From: Acidimicrobiales bacterium | GTDB lineage: Bacteria; Actinomycetota; Acidimicrobiia; Acidimicrobiales; UBA8190 | Direction of reading: 5' to 3' | Length of the DNA stretch: 60,953 nt | Assembly (NCBI GenBank): GCA_035623275.1 | Contig: DASPTT010000080.1 | Location: forward strand, 1 to 60,953 | The notes under the pieces: model-generated | What the model was told of the DNA's origin: nothing | Seen by the model: only the letters and a program-made list of their open reading frames with translations | The model's database searches: none | Position numbers and translations under genes: made by a program | In this document: positions 36,374 to 45,082 of the stretch, piece by piece | Layout: every line of letters begins with the position of its first letter | Numbering within the stretch: position 1 is the stretch's first letter

Positions 36374-38554
36374 TCAGCTCTTGAACAGGTAGCCCGCCTC
36401 CTCCTCGCCGAGGAACAGGCGGGTCTCGTCGGCCAGCTGCGGCATCGCCGACAGCGCTGGGTCGTCGGCCAACAGGGCCTCCGCCACCGTGCGAGCCTGC
36501 TCCACCAGCTCGCGGTCGCCCTGGCGCAGGGACGCGAGCTTGAGGTCGCTGCGGCCCTTCTGCCGGGTCCCGAGGATCGACCCTTCGCCTCGCAGGGCCA
36601 TGTCGACGTCGGCGAGCTCGAACCCGTCGGTGGTGCGCTCGAGGGCGCCCAGACGCGTGGCCGCCTCCGGGGTCACGTCCTCCCCGAGGAGGTAGCACCA
36701 CGAGGCCATGCCCGATCGCCCCACGCGGCCGCGCAGCTGGTGGAGCTGCGCGATCCCGAAGCGGTCCGCGTCCTCGATCACCATGACGGTCGCCTCGGGG
36801 ACGTCGACCCCCACCTCGATGACCGTCGTGGCGACCAGCACCCCCACGTCGCCGCGACGGAAGGCCGCCATCACCGTCTCCTTCTCGGACGAGCGCATCT
36901 GCCCGTGCAGGAGCCCGAGGCGCAGGTCGGGCAGCACCTCTCGGGCGAGCCGCTCGTACTCCTCGGTCGCCGACTTGGCCGCCACCCGCTCCGATCCCTC
37001 GACGAGCGGGCACACGACGTAGGCGCGCCTGCCCGCCGCCACCTCGTCGCGCGCCCGGCGCCAGGCCTCCTGCTCCTCGAGCGCCGTGCGCGCCCAGCAC
37101 GTGACCACGGGGGTCCGGCCCGCAGGGAGCTCGTCGATCACGGTCATGTCGAGATCACCGAAGACGACCATCGCCGCCGTCCGCGGGATGGGCGTGGCCG
37201 TCATCACCAGCAGGTCGGGGTCCGCCCCTCCCCCCTCGCGGCCCTTGGCCCGCAGCGCGGCCCGCTGCTCGACCCCGAAGCGGTGCTGCTCGTCGATCAC
37301 GACCGCTCCGAGCGACGCGAACCGCACCCCCTCCGTCAGGAGCGCGTGCGTGCCGACGACGATGTCCGCCGCGCCGCGGGCGAGCTCGTCGAGCAGGCGC
37401 GTCCGCTCGGACGCGGGGGTCCGGCTGGTGAGGAGCGCCACGCGCAGCGGCCGCGCCCCCGTCAGCGTCGCGTGGTCGGGGACCTCGAGGCCCTCGAGCA
37501 GGCCGTGGACGCTCATGTGATGCTGTTCCGCGAGCACTTCGGTGGGTGCCATCAGCGCACCCTGATGCCCGCCCTGCACGGCCACGAGCAGGGCGGCGAG
37601 CGCAACGACCGTCTTCCCCGCACCCACGTCGCCCTGGAGGAGCCGGTGCATCGGCAGGGTCCCGGCCATGTCCGCCTTGATGTCGGCGATGGCGCGGCGC
37701 TGCCCCTCGGTGAGCGGGAACGGCAGACCGTCGACGAAGGTACCGACGAGGTCCTCGGCCCCGAAGGGCGCCTCGACGACGTGGTGGATGCCCTGCGCGT
37801 CGCGCTCGAGCGCGTGGCGGCGCATCACCACCTCGAGCTGGAGCCGCAGGAGCTCGTCGAAGGCCAGTCGGCGGCGTGCCTGGTCCTTGTCGGCCATGGA
37901 GTCGGGCCGATGGATGTGGTTGACGGCCTCGTGGCGGTCCACGAGCGCCAGCCGCTCGCGCCAGCGGGCCGGCAACGGGTCGGCCAGTCGGCCGGCACGG
38001 CGCAGGGCCTCGTCCACCCAGCCGGCGATGTCCCAGCTCGTGACGCCGGCCTTGTCGGATGAGGGGTAGACGGGGACGAGGCGACCCGTGCGCGACCCCG
38101 CGCTGCCGACCAGGTCCACCACCGGGTTCGTCAGCTGCGGCCGGCCCCGGTAGGCGTCGAGCTTGCCGAAGAAGAGCGCCTCGCTGCCCACCGGGAGCTG
38201 GCGCGCCCGCCAGGACTGGTTGAAGAAGGTGACCCGCAGGGTGCCGGTGCCGTCGTGGACGTCGAGCTCCACCAGGGCGCGACCCTGGCGCGTGCGCCGC
38301 GAGCTCACCCGGCGCACGGCGGCCAGGACCAGGGCCTCCTCGCCGGGCACCATGTCGGCCACCGACCGCTGGCGGGTGCGGTCGATGTAGCGGCGGGGGT
38401 AATGGGTCAGCAGGTCGAGCACCGACTCGATACCCATGTCGGCCAGCGCGCCTGCCCGGCGCGTCGCCACGCCCCGGAGCACCTCGACCGGTTGCTGCGC
38501 GAGGAACCGCAGCGTCCGGCCCCCGTCGTCGGGCGTGGCCGGCGACCCGGTCAC
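36374..38554 (-). CDS. recG: ATP-dependent DNA helicase RecG
   Basis: 726 aa; wedge domain, helicase motifs GDVGAGKT, DEQHRFG, TATPIPRT. Confidence 0.95.
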   Translation of the reverse strand: MTGSPATPDDGGRTLRFLAQQPVEVLRGVATRRAGALADMGIESVLDLLTHYPRRYIDRTRQRSVADMVPGEEALVLAAVRRVSSRRTRQGRALVELDVHDGTGTLRVTFFNQSWRARQLPVGSEALFFGKLDAYRGRPQLTNPVVDLVGSAGSRTGRLVPVYPSSDKAGVTSWDIAGWVDEALRRAGRLADPLPARWRERLALVDRHEAVNHIHRPDSMADKDQARRRLAFDELLRLQLEVVMRRHALERDAQGIHHVVEAPFGAEDLVGTFVDGLPFPLTEGQRRAIADIKADMAGTLPMHRLLQGDVGAGKTVVALAALLVAVQGGHQGALMAPTEVLAEQHHMSVHGLLEGLEVPDHATLTGARPLRVALLTSRTPASERTRLLDELARGAADIVVGTHALLTEGVRFASLGAVVIDEQHRFGVEQRAALRAKGREGGGADPDLLVMTATPIPRTAAMVVFGDLDMTVIDELPAGRTPVVTCWARTALEEQEAWRRARDEVAAGRRAYVVCPLVEGSERVAAKSATEEYERLAREVLPDLRLGLLHGQMRSSEKETVMAAFRRGDVGVLVATTVIEVGVDVPEATVMVIEDADRFGIAQLHQLRGRVGRSGMASWCYLLGEDVTPEAATRLGALERTTDGFELADVDMALRGEGSILGTRQKGRSDLKLASLRQGDRELVEQARTVAEALLADDPALSAMPQLADETRLFLGEEEAGYLFKS

Positions 38555-38570
38555 AGCACGCCCGGCAAGG

Positions 38571-40244
38571 TCACTCGATGCTCAGCAGGTACGGGTAGAA
38601 GGGCTGCCCGCCGTGGTGGACCTCGACCGCGAGGTCCGGACGGTGCTCGGCGATCCACTCGGTCACCTGGCGGGTCTCGGCCGCCCCGGCACCTTCGCCC
38701 TCGATCAGCGTCACCAGCTCGTGCTCGTCGCGCAGGAGCTTGCCGAGGAGGCTGCAGGTGGCCTCCACCAAGGTCGAGCACACCACTTCGACGCCGTCGC
38801 GCGAGATCCCCATCCAGTCGCCCTCGGCGATGGGGCCTGCCGGGCCGGTGGCGTCGCGCACGGCCTGCGCCACCTCGCCGGCGACGACCCGGCGGGCCGA
38901 TTCGGCCATGGTCCGGGCGTTCTCCTCCGCCCCGGCTTCAGGGTCGTACTCGAGCAACGCGGCGAAGCCCTCGACGACGCCGCTCGTCGGCACCACCCGC
39001 ACCGGTTTGGATGCCAGCTCGCACACCTGGTTGGCCACGGGGTGGATGTTGTCGTTGTTCGGGAGCAGGACCACCTCCGGCGACGGGGAGGCCTCGACCA
39101 TCTCGAGGATCTGCGCCGTCGACGGGTTCATGGACTGCCCACCGGGGACGATGTGGTGCACGCCGAGCGAGTGGAAGATGCGGCCGATGCCCTCGCCCGT
39201 GGCGACCGCCACGACGGTGGTCCGCGGCGGCGGGCCGGCCCGGCGCTCGGCTTCGGGCGCCGACACGCCCTCCCGCACCCAGCGCTCCTCCTCCACCTGG
39301 TCGCTCAGGTCCGTGACCCGGATGTTGCGGGGCCGCCCGGCGTCGAGGGCCGCCTCGATGGCGGGCCCCACGTCGTTGGTGTGGATGTGGCAGTTCCACA
39401 GCCCCTCGCCGCCGACGACCACGATCGAGTCGCCCAACCCGGCCCACACGTCCTTGAACGCCGGGATGGTGTCGTCGAGGGCCTCGAGGAGGTACATGAC
39501 CTCGTAGCGCAGGATGGCCGAAGTTCCCGCGGCGCCGTAGGACCCCAGCTGCGGGAGCGCGGCGGCGGCGACGGCCAGCGCCGTCGACGGGACGACGGGC
39601 GGCTCGGGCAAGGACCTGCCGTCGGTCACGGCCAGGAAGGCGTCGAGCAGGAGCAGGTAGCCGGTCCCGCCGGCGTCCACAACGCCTGCCTGGGCCAGGA
39701 CGGGCAGCTGCTCGGGGGTCTTGGCCAGGGCGTCACCCCCGGCCAGGCGGGCCGCGTCGAGCACGGCCACGATCCCGCCCCCGTCGGCGGCCGCCCGCTG
39801 GCCGCCCTCGGCCGCCACCCGGGCCACGGTCAGGATCGTCCCCTCGACCGGACGCAGCACGGCCTGATAGGCCGCCTCGCCGGCGGCCGTCAGGGCCGCC
39901 GCCAAGCTGGGGCCGCCGAGCTCCTGGTGCTCGACGAGCACACCGGTCAGACCCCGCAGGAGCTGGGACAGGATGACGCCGGAGTTGCCTCTGGCCCCCA
40001 TGAGCGAGCCGTGGGCGATGGCCTTGCACACGGCAGCCATCTCAGCCGACCCCCCGCCGTCGGCCCCCGGCAGCTCGGCGACCACGGCCTCCATGGTGAG
40101 CGCCATGTTGGTCCCCGTGTCCCCGTCGGGGACCGGGTACACGTTGAGGCGGTTGATGGCGTCCTGGTGCAGGCGCAGCACGTCCCGAAAGGTCGTGACG
40201 GCCGCCGCGACGTCGGCCGCCCCGACCGTCCCCATCGGCTCCAT
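38571..40244 (-). CDS. yloV: DAK2 domain-containing protein (YloV-like)
   Basis: 557 aa from ATG (MEPMG...); DAK2 motif VPDGDTGTNM; 150-aa Arg-rich N-extension of the ORF (antisense to rpmB) rejected. Confidence 0.85.
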   Translation of the reverse strand: MEPMGTVGAADVAAAVTTFRDVLRLHQDAINRLNVYPVPDGDTGTNMALTMEAVVAELPGADGGGSAEMAAVCKAIAHGSLMGARGNSGVILSQLLRGLTGVLVEHQELGGPSLAAALTAAGEAAYQAVLRPVEGTILTVARVAAEGGQRAAADGGGIVAVLDAARLAGGDALAKTPEQLPVLAQAGVVDAGGTGYLLLLDAFLAVTDGRSLPEPPVVPSTALAVAAAALPQLGSYGAAGTSAILRYEVMYLLEALDDTIPAFKDVWAGLGDSIVVVGGEGLWNCHIHTNDVGPAIEAALDAGRPRNIRVTDLSDQVEEERWVREGVSAPEAERRAGPPPRTTVVAVATGEGIGRIFHSLGVHHIVPGGQSMNPSTAQILEMVEASPSPEVVLLPNNDNIHPVANQVCELASKPVRVVPTSGVVEGFAALLEYDPEAGAEENARTMAESARRVVAGEVAQAVRDATGPAGPIAEGDWMGISRDGVEVVCSTLVEATCSLLGKLLRDEHELVTLIEGEGAGAAETRQVTEWIAEHRPDLAVEVHHGGQPFYPYLLSIE

Positions 40245-40304
40245 GGCCGAGGATGCTAACCTTTGGGCTCGTCCCGTCGTTCTCCCGAGGAGCATCTGCG
40301 CGTC

Positions 40305-40523
40305 ATGGCTGCCGTCTGCGAGGTCTGTGGAAAGCACCCGTCGTTCGGCATGTCGCTGAGCCACTCGCATCGCCGCACCAAGCGGCGCTGGAACCCGAAC
40401 ATCCAGCGTGTGCGCGCCGTGGTGGACGGCACCCCCAAGCGGCTCCACGTCTGCACGTCCTGCATCCGGGCAGGCAAGGTCACGAAGCCCGTGCGCCGGC
40501 GCAGCACCGCCCCCTCCGCCTGA
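40305..40523 (+). CDS. rpmB: 50S ribosomal protein L28
   Basis: 72 aa [36 protein letters not shown]...; divergent from yloV as in many Firmicutes/Actinobacteria. Confidence 0.85.
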   Translation: MAAVCEVCGKHPSFGMSLSHSHRRTKRRWNPNIQRVRAVVDGTPKRLHVCTSCIRAGKVTKPVRRRSTAPSA

Positions 40524-40633
40524 TCGGCCATCGCGTCGACGCGTCCGCCTGAGCGGTCGCCCCACCACTCCCCGGCGCACCGGCCGCGCAGCCGCCAATC
40601 GGCCCCCGGTCGCGTGGACTTTCGTCCCTAGGT

Positions 40634-40650
40634 CCCGGGGCCGCCCCGGG
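40634..40650 (+). terminator. hairpin downstream of rpmB
   Basis: CCCGGGG-ccg-CCCCGGG. Confidence 0.25.
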
Positions 40651-40665
40651 CAAAGATGCCGAGTG

Positions 40666-40824
40666 ATGCTCGCGTCAGCCATCGACCTCAACAACACGGG
40701 CCACTACCTGCACTGGGGCTTCATACAGATCTCGGCGGCGAACCTGGTGGTCATCGCGCTCATGGTGGTGGTGTTCGTCCTCGCCGTCGTGATCCCCTTC
40801 CACCTCGGGCGCCGGAACCGATGA
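40666..40824 (+). CDS. small single-TM protein, translationally coupled to cytochrome b (possible accessory subunit)
   Basis: 52 aa MLASAIDLNNTGHYLHWGFIQISAANLVVIALMVVVFVLAVVIPFHLGRRNR; stop overlaps downstream ATG (ATGA). Confidence 0.4.
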   Translation: MLASAIDLNNTGHYLHWGFIQISAANLVVIALMVVVFVLAVVIPFHLGRRNR

Positions 40825-41621
40825 GCACACCGGACACCGCACCCGCCGGCCCCGCACCCGCCGACGTGGCCGAAGGGGTGGCGCCCCTCCCCGGCGACGA
40901 GCGGATGTGGACGGCACGGCTGCGCGGCTGGGCCGTGCGGGCGCTCCCGCCCGGCAAGCTCCTGCCGGATCGCCAGCCCAGCTACGTGTCGTCGTGGGTG
41001 TACGTCTTCGGCGTCACCGCGCTCGCCGCGTTCACCGTCATCGTGCTCTCCGGCATCGTGCTGATCCTCAAGGGCCCGTCGTGGTGGCACGTGTCGAAGC
41101 TCGGCCTGTTCGTCAACAGCATCCATCTCTGGAGCGTCGAGCTCTTCTTCTTCTTCATGGTCCTGCACCTGTGGGGCAAGTTCTTCATGGCCGCGTGGCG
41201 CGGCAAGCGCACCCTCACCTGGATGACGGGGGTCGTCTCCTTCCTGGCATCCATCAGCGCCGCCTTCACCGGCTACCTCTCACAGCAGAATTTCGACTCG
41301 CAATGGATCTCGACCCAGGCCAAGGACGGCCTGAATTCGGTCGGGGTCGGCGCGTTCTTCAACGTCATGAACTTCGGGCAGATGCTGCTCTGGCACGTGC
41401 TGTTGCTGCCGGGCGCGGTCGCCGTGATCGTCGCGCTGCACCTGCTCCTCGTGCGCCATCGCGGCGTCGTGCGGCCCCTTCCGCACGATCGGCGCACCAA
41501 GGTCGGCACCACTCCGACGCCGGCCGGCGCGACACCGGCGTCGGGCGAGGGCGGCGGAGCGCCCGGGGCGGTGGAGGACACCGTCGCGGGGTCGCGCCCG
41601 GGGATCGGGGCCAGACCGTGA
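40821..41621 (+). CDS. cytochrome b6-type di-heme cytochrome b (N-terminal domain only, helices A-D)
   Basis: 266 aa; helix B His pair IHLWS...VLHLWG (14 apart), RTLTWMTGVV and TGY motifs, helix D His pair WHVLL...ALHLL (15 apart, b6-like spacing). Confidence 0.75.
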   Translation: MSTPDTAPAGPAPADVAEGVAPLPGDERMWTARLRGWAVRALPPGKLLPDRQPSYVSSWVYVFGVTALAAFTVIVLSGIVLILKGPSWWHVSKLGLFVNSIHLWSVELFFFFMVLHLWGKFFMAAWRGKRTLTWMTGVVSFLASISAAFTGYLSQQNFDSQWISTQAKDGLNSVGVGAFFNVMNFGQMLLWHVLLLPGAVAVIVALHLLLVRHRGVVRPLPHDRRTKVGTTPTPAGATPASGEGGGAPGAVEDTVAGSRPGIGARP

Positions 41622-42658
41622 GCGCCGCGGGCGCGACGACCCTGACCGAGGCGTCGAGTCAGCCCGACAGCGCGGACTGGGACGGCCCCAAGGTCCCCTA
41701 CGACCTGGTCAAGGAGTACGTCGTCGCCCTGGTCGTGATCATCCTCCTGACGCTCGGGCTCGCGGCGATCTTCTCCTCCCCCGACGACCATCCGGTCACC
41801 ATCCAGGAGTGGGCCAACAGCACCACCTCGGCCAACGGCGCCTTCGCCGGTCAGGACTTCGTCGCCACGGCCATGACGGAGCTCGACGGCACCAGCCCGA
41901 CGGCGACGTACGGCCCGCCCTACAACCCCGGCCCGGCCGCGCAGAAGGTGTTCTTCCTCGCCCCCGAGAAGTGGGCGGGGGTGCGCACACCCGTCGACGC
42001 CGCCGGCGACTTCGTCCTCGGCCCGCTGCGCACGCAGGCCCTCCACGACCCGCAGCTCGCCGCGGCCCTCGCCCAGTGGGACGCGGCCTCCTCGTCGCAG
42101 CAGTCGACGTGGACGACCAACTACGAGAAGGCGCTGTCCAACGCCACCACCGTCACCAACGGCCAGATCGTGCTGCCACCGGGCGACTACGGGCCGCTGC
42201 CCGTCATGATGGACAGCCTCCTGGCCATGGCGCAGTCGGGCGCGCTCGACAACGCCCTGCTCGCGTCCAAGAGCTTCTACGGCACCGACTACACCAAGCC
42301 ACTCCTGTTCATCGCGGACGGCGCCTACCTGTCCGACAAGGCCAGCGCACAGCACCTCGCCGGGAGCCAGTGGGGGATGATGAACGAGACGGGGAACTAC
42401 CCCGGGCAGGCATGGCTCTGGCTCTACACGATGTGGTACCAGGTCTGGCCGTTCACGCACACGGGGAACGCGGACGCGCTCATCTGGAGCCTCATGATGC
42501 TCCTGACCCTCGTCCTCTTCTTCCTCCCGCTGATCCCCGGGCTGCGCTCGATCCCCAAGTGGATCCCCGTGTACCGCGCCATCTGGCGTGACCACTACCG
42601 CGCCCTGGCCGCCGAGGAGCGCGCCGGGGCCGGCGGACCGCGCGCCCCCACCTCCTGA
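41618..42658 (+). CDS. membrane protein; C-terminus resembles cytochrome b helices F/G (subunit-IV-like) with large inserted extracytoplasmic domain; Cys-free
   Basis: 346 aa from GTG overlapping cyt b TGA (GTGA); N-terminal TM, ~230-aa soluble insert, C-terminal WLWLYTMWYQVWP...LMMLLTLVLFFLPLIP resembling PEWY/helix F-G region. Confidence 0.55.
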   Translation: MSAAGATTLTEASSQPDSADWDGPKVPYDLVKEYVVALVVIILLTLGLAAIFSSPDDHPVTIQEWANSTTSANGAFAGQDFVATAMTELDGTSPTATYGPPYNPGPAAQKVFFLAPEKWAGVRTPVDAAGDFVLGPLRTQALHDPQLAAALAQWDAASSSQQSTWTTNYEKALSNATTVTNGQIVLPPGDYGPLPVMMDSLLAMAQSGALDNALLASKSFYGTDYTKPLLFIADGAYLSDKASAQHLAGSQWGMMNETGNYPGQAWLWLYTMWYQVWPFTHTGNADALIWSLMMLLTLVLFFLPLIPGLRSIPKWIPVYRAIWRDHYRALAAEERAGAGGPRAPTS

Positions 42659-42694
42659 GCCGGCGGCGAGCCCCGAGCCGGCGGCCGACGCCCG

Positions 42695-42720
42695 CGCCGG
42701 GCGGCGGGCCCGCCCCGGCG
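42695..42720 (+). terminator. GC-rich hairpin after the cytochrome b module
   Basis: contains perfect 12-nt palindrome GGCGGGCCCGCC with complementary flanks CGCCGGG/CCCGGCG. Confidence 0.3.
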
Positions 42721-42738
42721 TCCGGTACCGTCGGGAAG

Positions 42739-43269
42739 ATGACCGGCGACGACGTCGCGCTGGCAGACGGCACGGTCGTGCGCATCCGCGAGATCCGCCC
42801 CGAGGACGCCGACGCGCTGGTGGCGTTCCACGCCCGCCTCTCCCCCCAGAGCATCATCCTGCGCTACTTCGGCCCGCACCCCCGGCTCTCCGACTCCGAG
42901 GTCCACCGGCTCACCAACGTCGACGGGGTGGACCGCTACGCCGTGGTCGCGCTGCTCGACGACCGCATCGTCGGGGTCGCCCGCTACGAGCGCGAGCCGG
43001 GGTCGCCCGAGGCCGAGGTCGCCTTCCTGGTCACCGACGAGCTCCAGGGCAAGCGCCTCGGGACGGTCTTCTTCGAGCGCCTCGTCGAGGCGGCGCGCCG
43101 GCAGGGGATCACGCGGCTGGTCGCCGACACGCTGGCCGAGAACACCAGGATGCTCGGCGTGTTCCGCGACTCGGGCTACCGCCGTCACTACGACCGGTTC
43201 TCCGAGGTCGTCCAGGTCGTCCTGGACATCGACGAGGACGGGGTCGGCGCCGACGGGGACCCTGCCTAG
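42739..43269 (+). CDS. GNAT family N-acetyltransferase
   Basis: 176 aa; acetyl-CoA binding motif [23 protein letters not shown]. Confidence 0.75.
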   Translation: MTGDDVALADGTVVRIREIRPEDADALVAFHARLSPQSIILRYFGPHPRLSDSEVHRLTNVDGVDRYAVVALLDDRIVGVARYEREPGSPEAEVAFLVTDELQGKRLGTVFFERLVEAARRQGITRLVADTLAENTRMLGVFRDSGYRRHYDRFSEVVQVVLDIDEDGVGADGDPA

Positions 43270-43913
43270 GGCTTGTGCTGGCGCTCCGAGAGCCGGGCGG
43301 CGTACACCGCCGCCTCCGTCCGGCGGGCGAACCCCATCTTCGACAAGAGGTTCGACACGTAGTTCTTGACCGTCTTCTCGGCCAGGTACAGCTCCTCGGC
43401 GATCTGCCGGTTGGTCTTGCCCTCCGCGATCAGCTCGAGGATGTTGCGCTCTTGGGCGGTCAGTCGCGACAGCCGCTCGTCCTCGACCTTCTCCCCGCGC
43501 AGGCGGTCCATCACCTGCCGGGTCAAGGCCGGGTCGAGCAGCGACTCCCCCGCGGCCACCCGCCGGACGGCCGTCACCAGCTCGCTCCCCCGGATCTGCT
43601 TGAGGACGTAGCCGCTGGCGCCGGCCAGGATGGCGGAGAACAGGGCCTCGTCGTCGGCGTAGCTGGTGAGCATCAGGCACTTGAGCTCGGGCATGGACGA
43701 CCGGAGGTCGCGGCACACCTCGACGCCGTCGCCGTCGGGAAGCCGAACGTCGAGCACGGCGACGTCCGGTCGGGTGGACGGGACCCGGGAGATCGCCTCC
43801 TCGGCGGTCGAGGCTTCGCCGACCACGGTGAGGTCCTTCTCCGCCTCGAACAGCTCACGCAGGCCGCGCCGGACCACCTCGTGGTCGTCGAGCAAGAAGA
43901 CCCTGGTCGTCAC
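43266..43913 (-). CDS. LuxR/NarL-family two-component response regulator (no cognate kinase adjacent)
   Basis: REC domain [12 protein letters not shown]...[14 protein letters not shown]...KCLMLT and C-terminal LuxR HTH ([24 protein letters not shown]). Confidence 0.85.
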   Translation of the reverse strand: MTTRVFLLDDHEVVRRGLRELFEAEKDLTVVGEASTAEEAISRVPSTRPDVAVLDVRLPDGDGVEVCRDLRSSMPELKCLMLTSYADDEALFSAILAGASGYVLKQIRGSELVTAVRRVAAGESLLDPALTRQVMDRLRGEKVEDERLSRLTAQERNILELIAEGKTNRQIAEELYLAEKTVKNYVSNLLSKMGFARRTEAAVYAARLSERQHKP

Positions 43914-43969
43914 CGCACCTCCCTCGCTGCGCGATGGAGACCTTGCTATCACAGTCAGGGCTCTCGGGG

Positions 43970-44914
43970 TCAGGAGATCTCGTGCTCCCAGCCCACGGCC
44001 GGTATCGCCTCGTCGCCGAGCGTCCGCACCGAGGGATCCTCGACGCAGACGCCGATGCGCACCGGGCGCCGGAGCCCAGCCGCCGCGAACGCGTCGAGCA
44101 GCCTCCCGGGCTCGGGCGTGGCCAGCACGAGCTCGTAGTCCTCCCCCCCGCCGAGCGCGTCGAGCACGGTGGCACCGGGCGCGCAGGGCACGTCGTCGAG
44201 CACGACGCCCACACCAGACTCGTCGGCCAGGTGCCCGAGGTCGGCGGCCAGGCCGTCGGAGACGTCGATCATGGCGGACGCACCGGCGAGCCGGGCCGTC
44301 TCCCCCTCGGCCAGGCGGGCCCGTGGGCGCCGATGGGCCTCGCCCACGCCGTCGATCGCCGCCACGGGGGCGGCCGCGCCGTCCCCCGCCCCGGCCTGGG
44401 CGCGCAGCGTCCGGAGGCCGACCGCAGAGCCCCCGAGGGGACCGGTCACGAACAGCGCGTCACCGGGCCCGGCCCCGCCCCGGCGCACGGCGGGCTCCGG
44501 GCCGCGGAGCCACCCGGTCACGGCCACCGCCACCACCAGCGTCGGGCCTGCCGTCAGGTCGCCCCCGACGATGGGGCTGCCGTGCTCCGAGGCCGCCGCG
44601 GCGAGACCGTCGTAGAGGGCGTCGAGGTCGGCGCCGGGCGGGACGGCCACGGCGACCACGGCGTGACCGGGGCGGCCCCCCATGGCGGCGACGTCGCTCA
44701 CGGCCGCGACCATGGCGCGCCAGCCGAAGTCGTCGGCCCCGATCACCGACAGGTCGCCGTGGACGCCGGCGACGGCCATGTCGGTGGTGAGCAGCAAGGG
44801 CCCCGGCTGCGGCGTCACCACGGCGGCGTCGTCCCCCACCCAGAGCTCGCCGGGGGGCGGCGACGGCAGGCGTCGTCGGAGGCGGTCGATGGCGGCGAAC
44901 TCGCCCCCAGTCAC
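43970..44914 (-). CDS. thiL: thiamine-monophosphate kinase
   Basis: 315 aa from GTG; [20 protein letters not shown]/PurM-like fold motifs. Confidence 0.8.
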   Translation of the reverse strand: MTGGEFAAIDRLRRRLPSPPPGELWVGDDAAVVTPQPGPLLLTTDMAVAGVHGDLSVIGADDFGWRAMVAAVSDVAAMGGRPGHAVVAVAVPPGADLDALYDGLAAAASEHGSPIVGGDLTAGPTLVVAVAVTGWLRGPEPAVRRGGAGPGDALFVTGPLGGSAVGLRTLRAQAGAGDGAAAPVAAIDGVGEAHRRPRARLAEGETARLAGASAMIDVSDGLAADLGHLADESGVGVVLDDVPCAPGATVLDALGGGEDYELVLATPEPGRLLDAFAAAGLRRPVRIGVCVEDPSVRTLGDEAIPAVGWEHEIS

Positions 44915-44940
44915 CGATGCGCCACGGTCGGTGCCGCCGG

Positions 44941-44980
44941 CATTGGGTAGGTGCACTTGGTATTGCCTACCATTGACGCG
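44941..44980. promoter_or_regulatory. dyad-symmetry element in thiL/pckG divergent intergenic region (candidate operator)
   Basis: CATTGGGTAGG-tgcacttggtattgc-CTACCATTGA; AT-richer island; TTGACG -35-like hexamer immediately downstream on + strand. Confidence 0.35.
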
Positions 44981-45082
44981 GGAGCCGGCGGCTGCCCCGA
45001 GACCCGCGGCCGCCTCCGGGCCGTGACCCAGGAACACCCAGAGCCCAGCGCACCAGCGTCAGAGAGAAGGAACACGCACACG

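Noticed and set aside
40201-40262. Apparent in-frame AGT-TAG stop in yloV when the printed sequence line 40201 is read literally
   Set aside because: The ORF track shows an uninterrupted ORF, and the + ORF starting at 40253 (MLTF...) requires ...atgctaaccttt..., consistent with a one-base offset in my reading of that line rather than a real frameshift. Not reported as a pseudogene.
38571-40697. 150-aa N-terminal extension of yloV ORF; 17508..20279 ORF fusing dprA; 1669..3144 and 34145..35122 N-extensions
   Set aside because: Extensions are low-complexity and overlap rpmB/comM etc.; starts moved to conserved N-termini (ATG 40244, GTG 18635, GTG 2604, GTG 34666).
40408-40824. 138-aa + ORF overlapping rpmB
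   Set aside because: Only the last 52 codons (from ATG 40666) have membrane-protein character and coupling to cytochrome b; upstream part is antisense-like junk overlapping rpmB 3' region.
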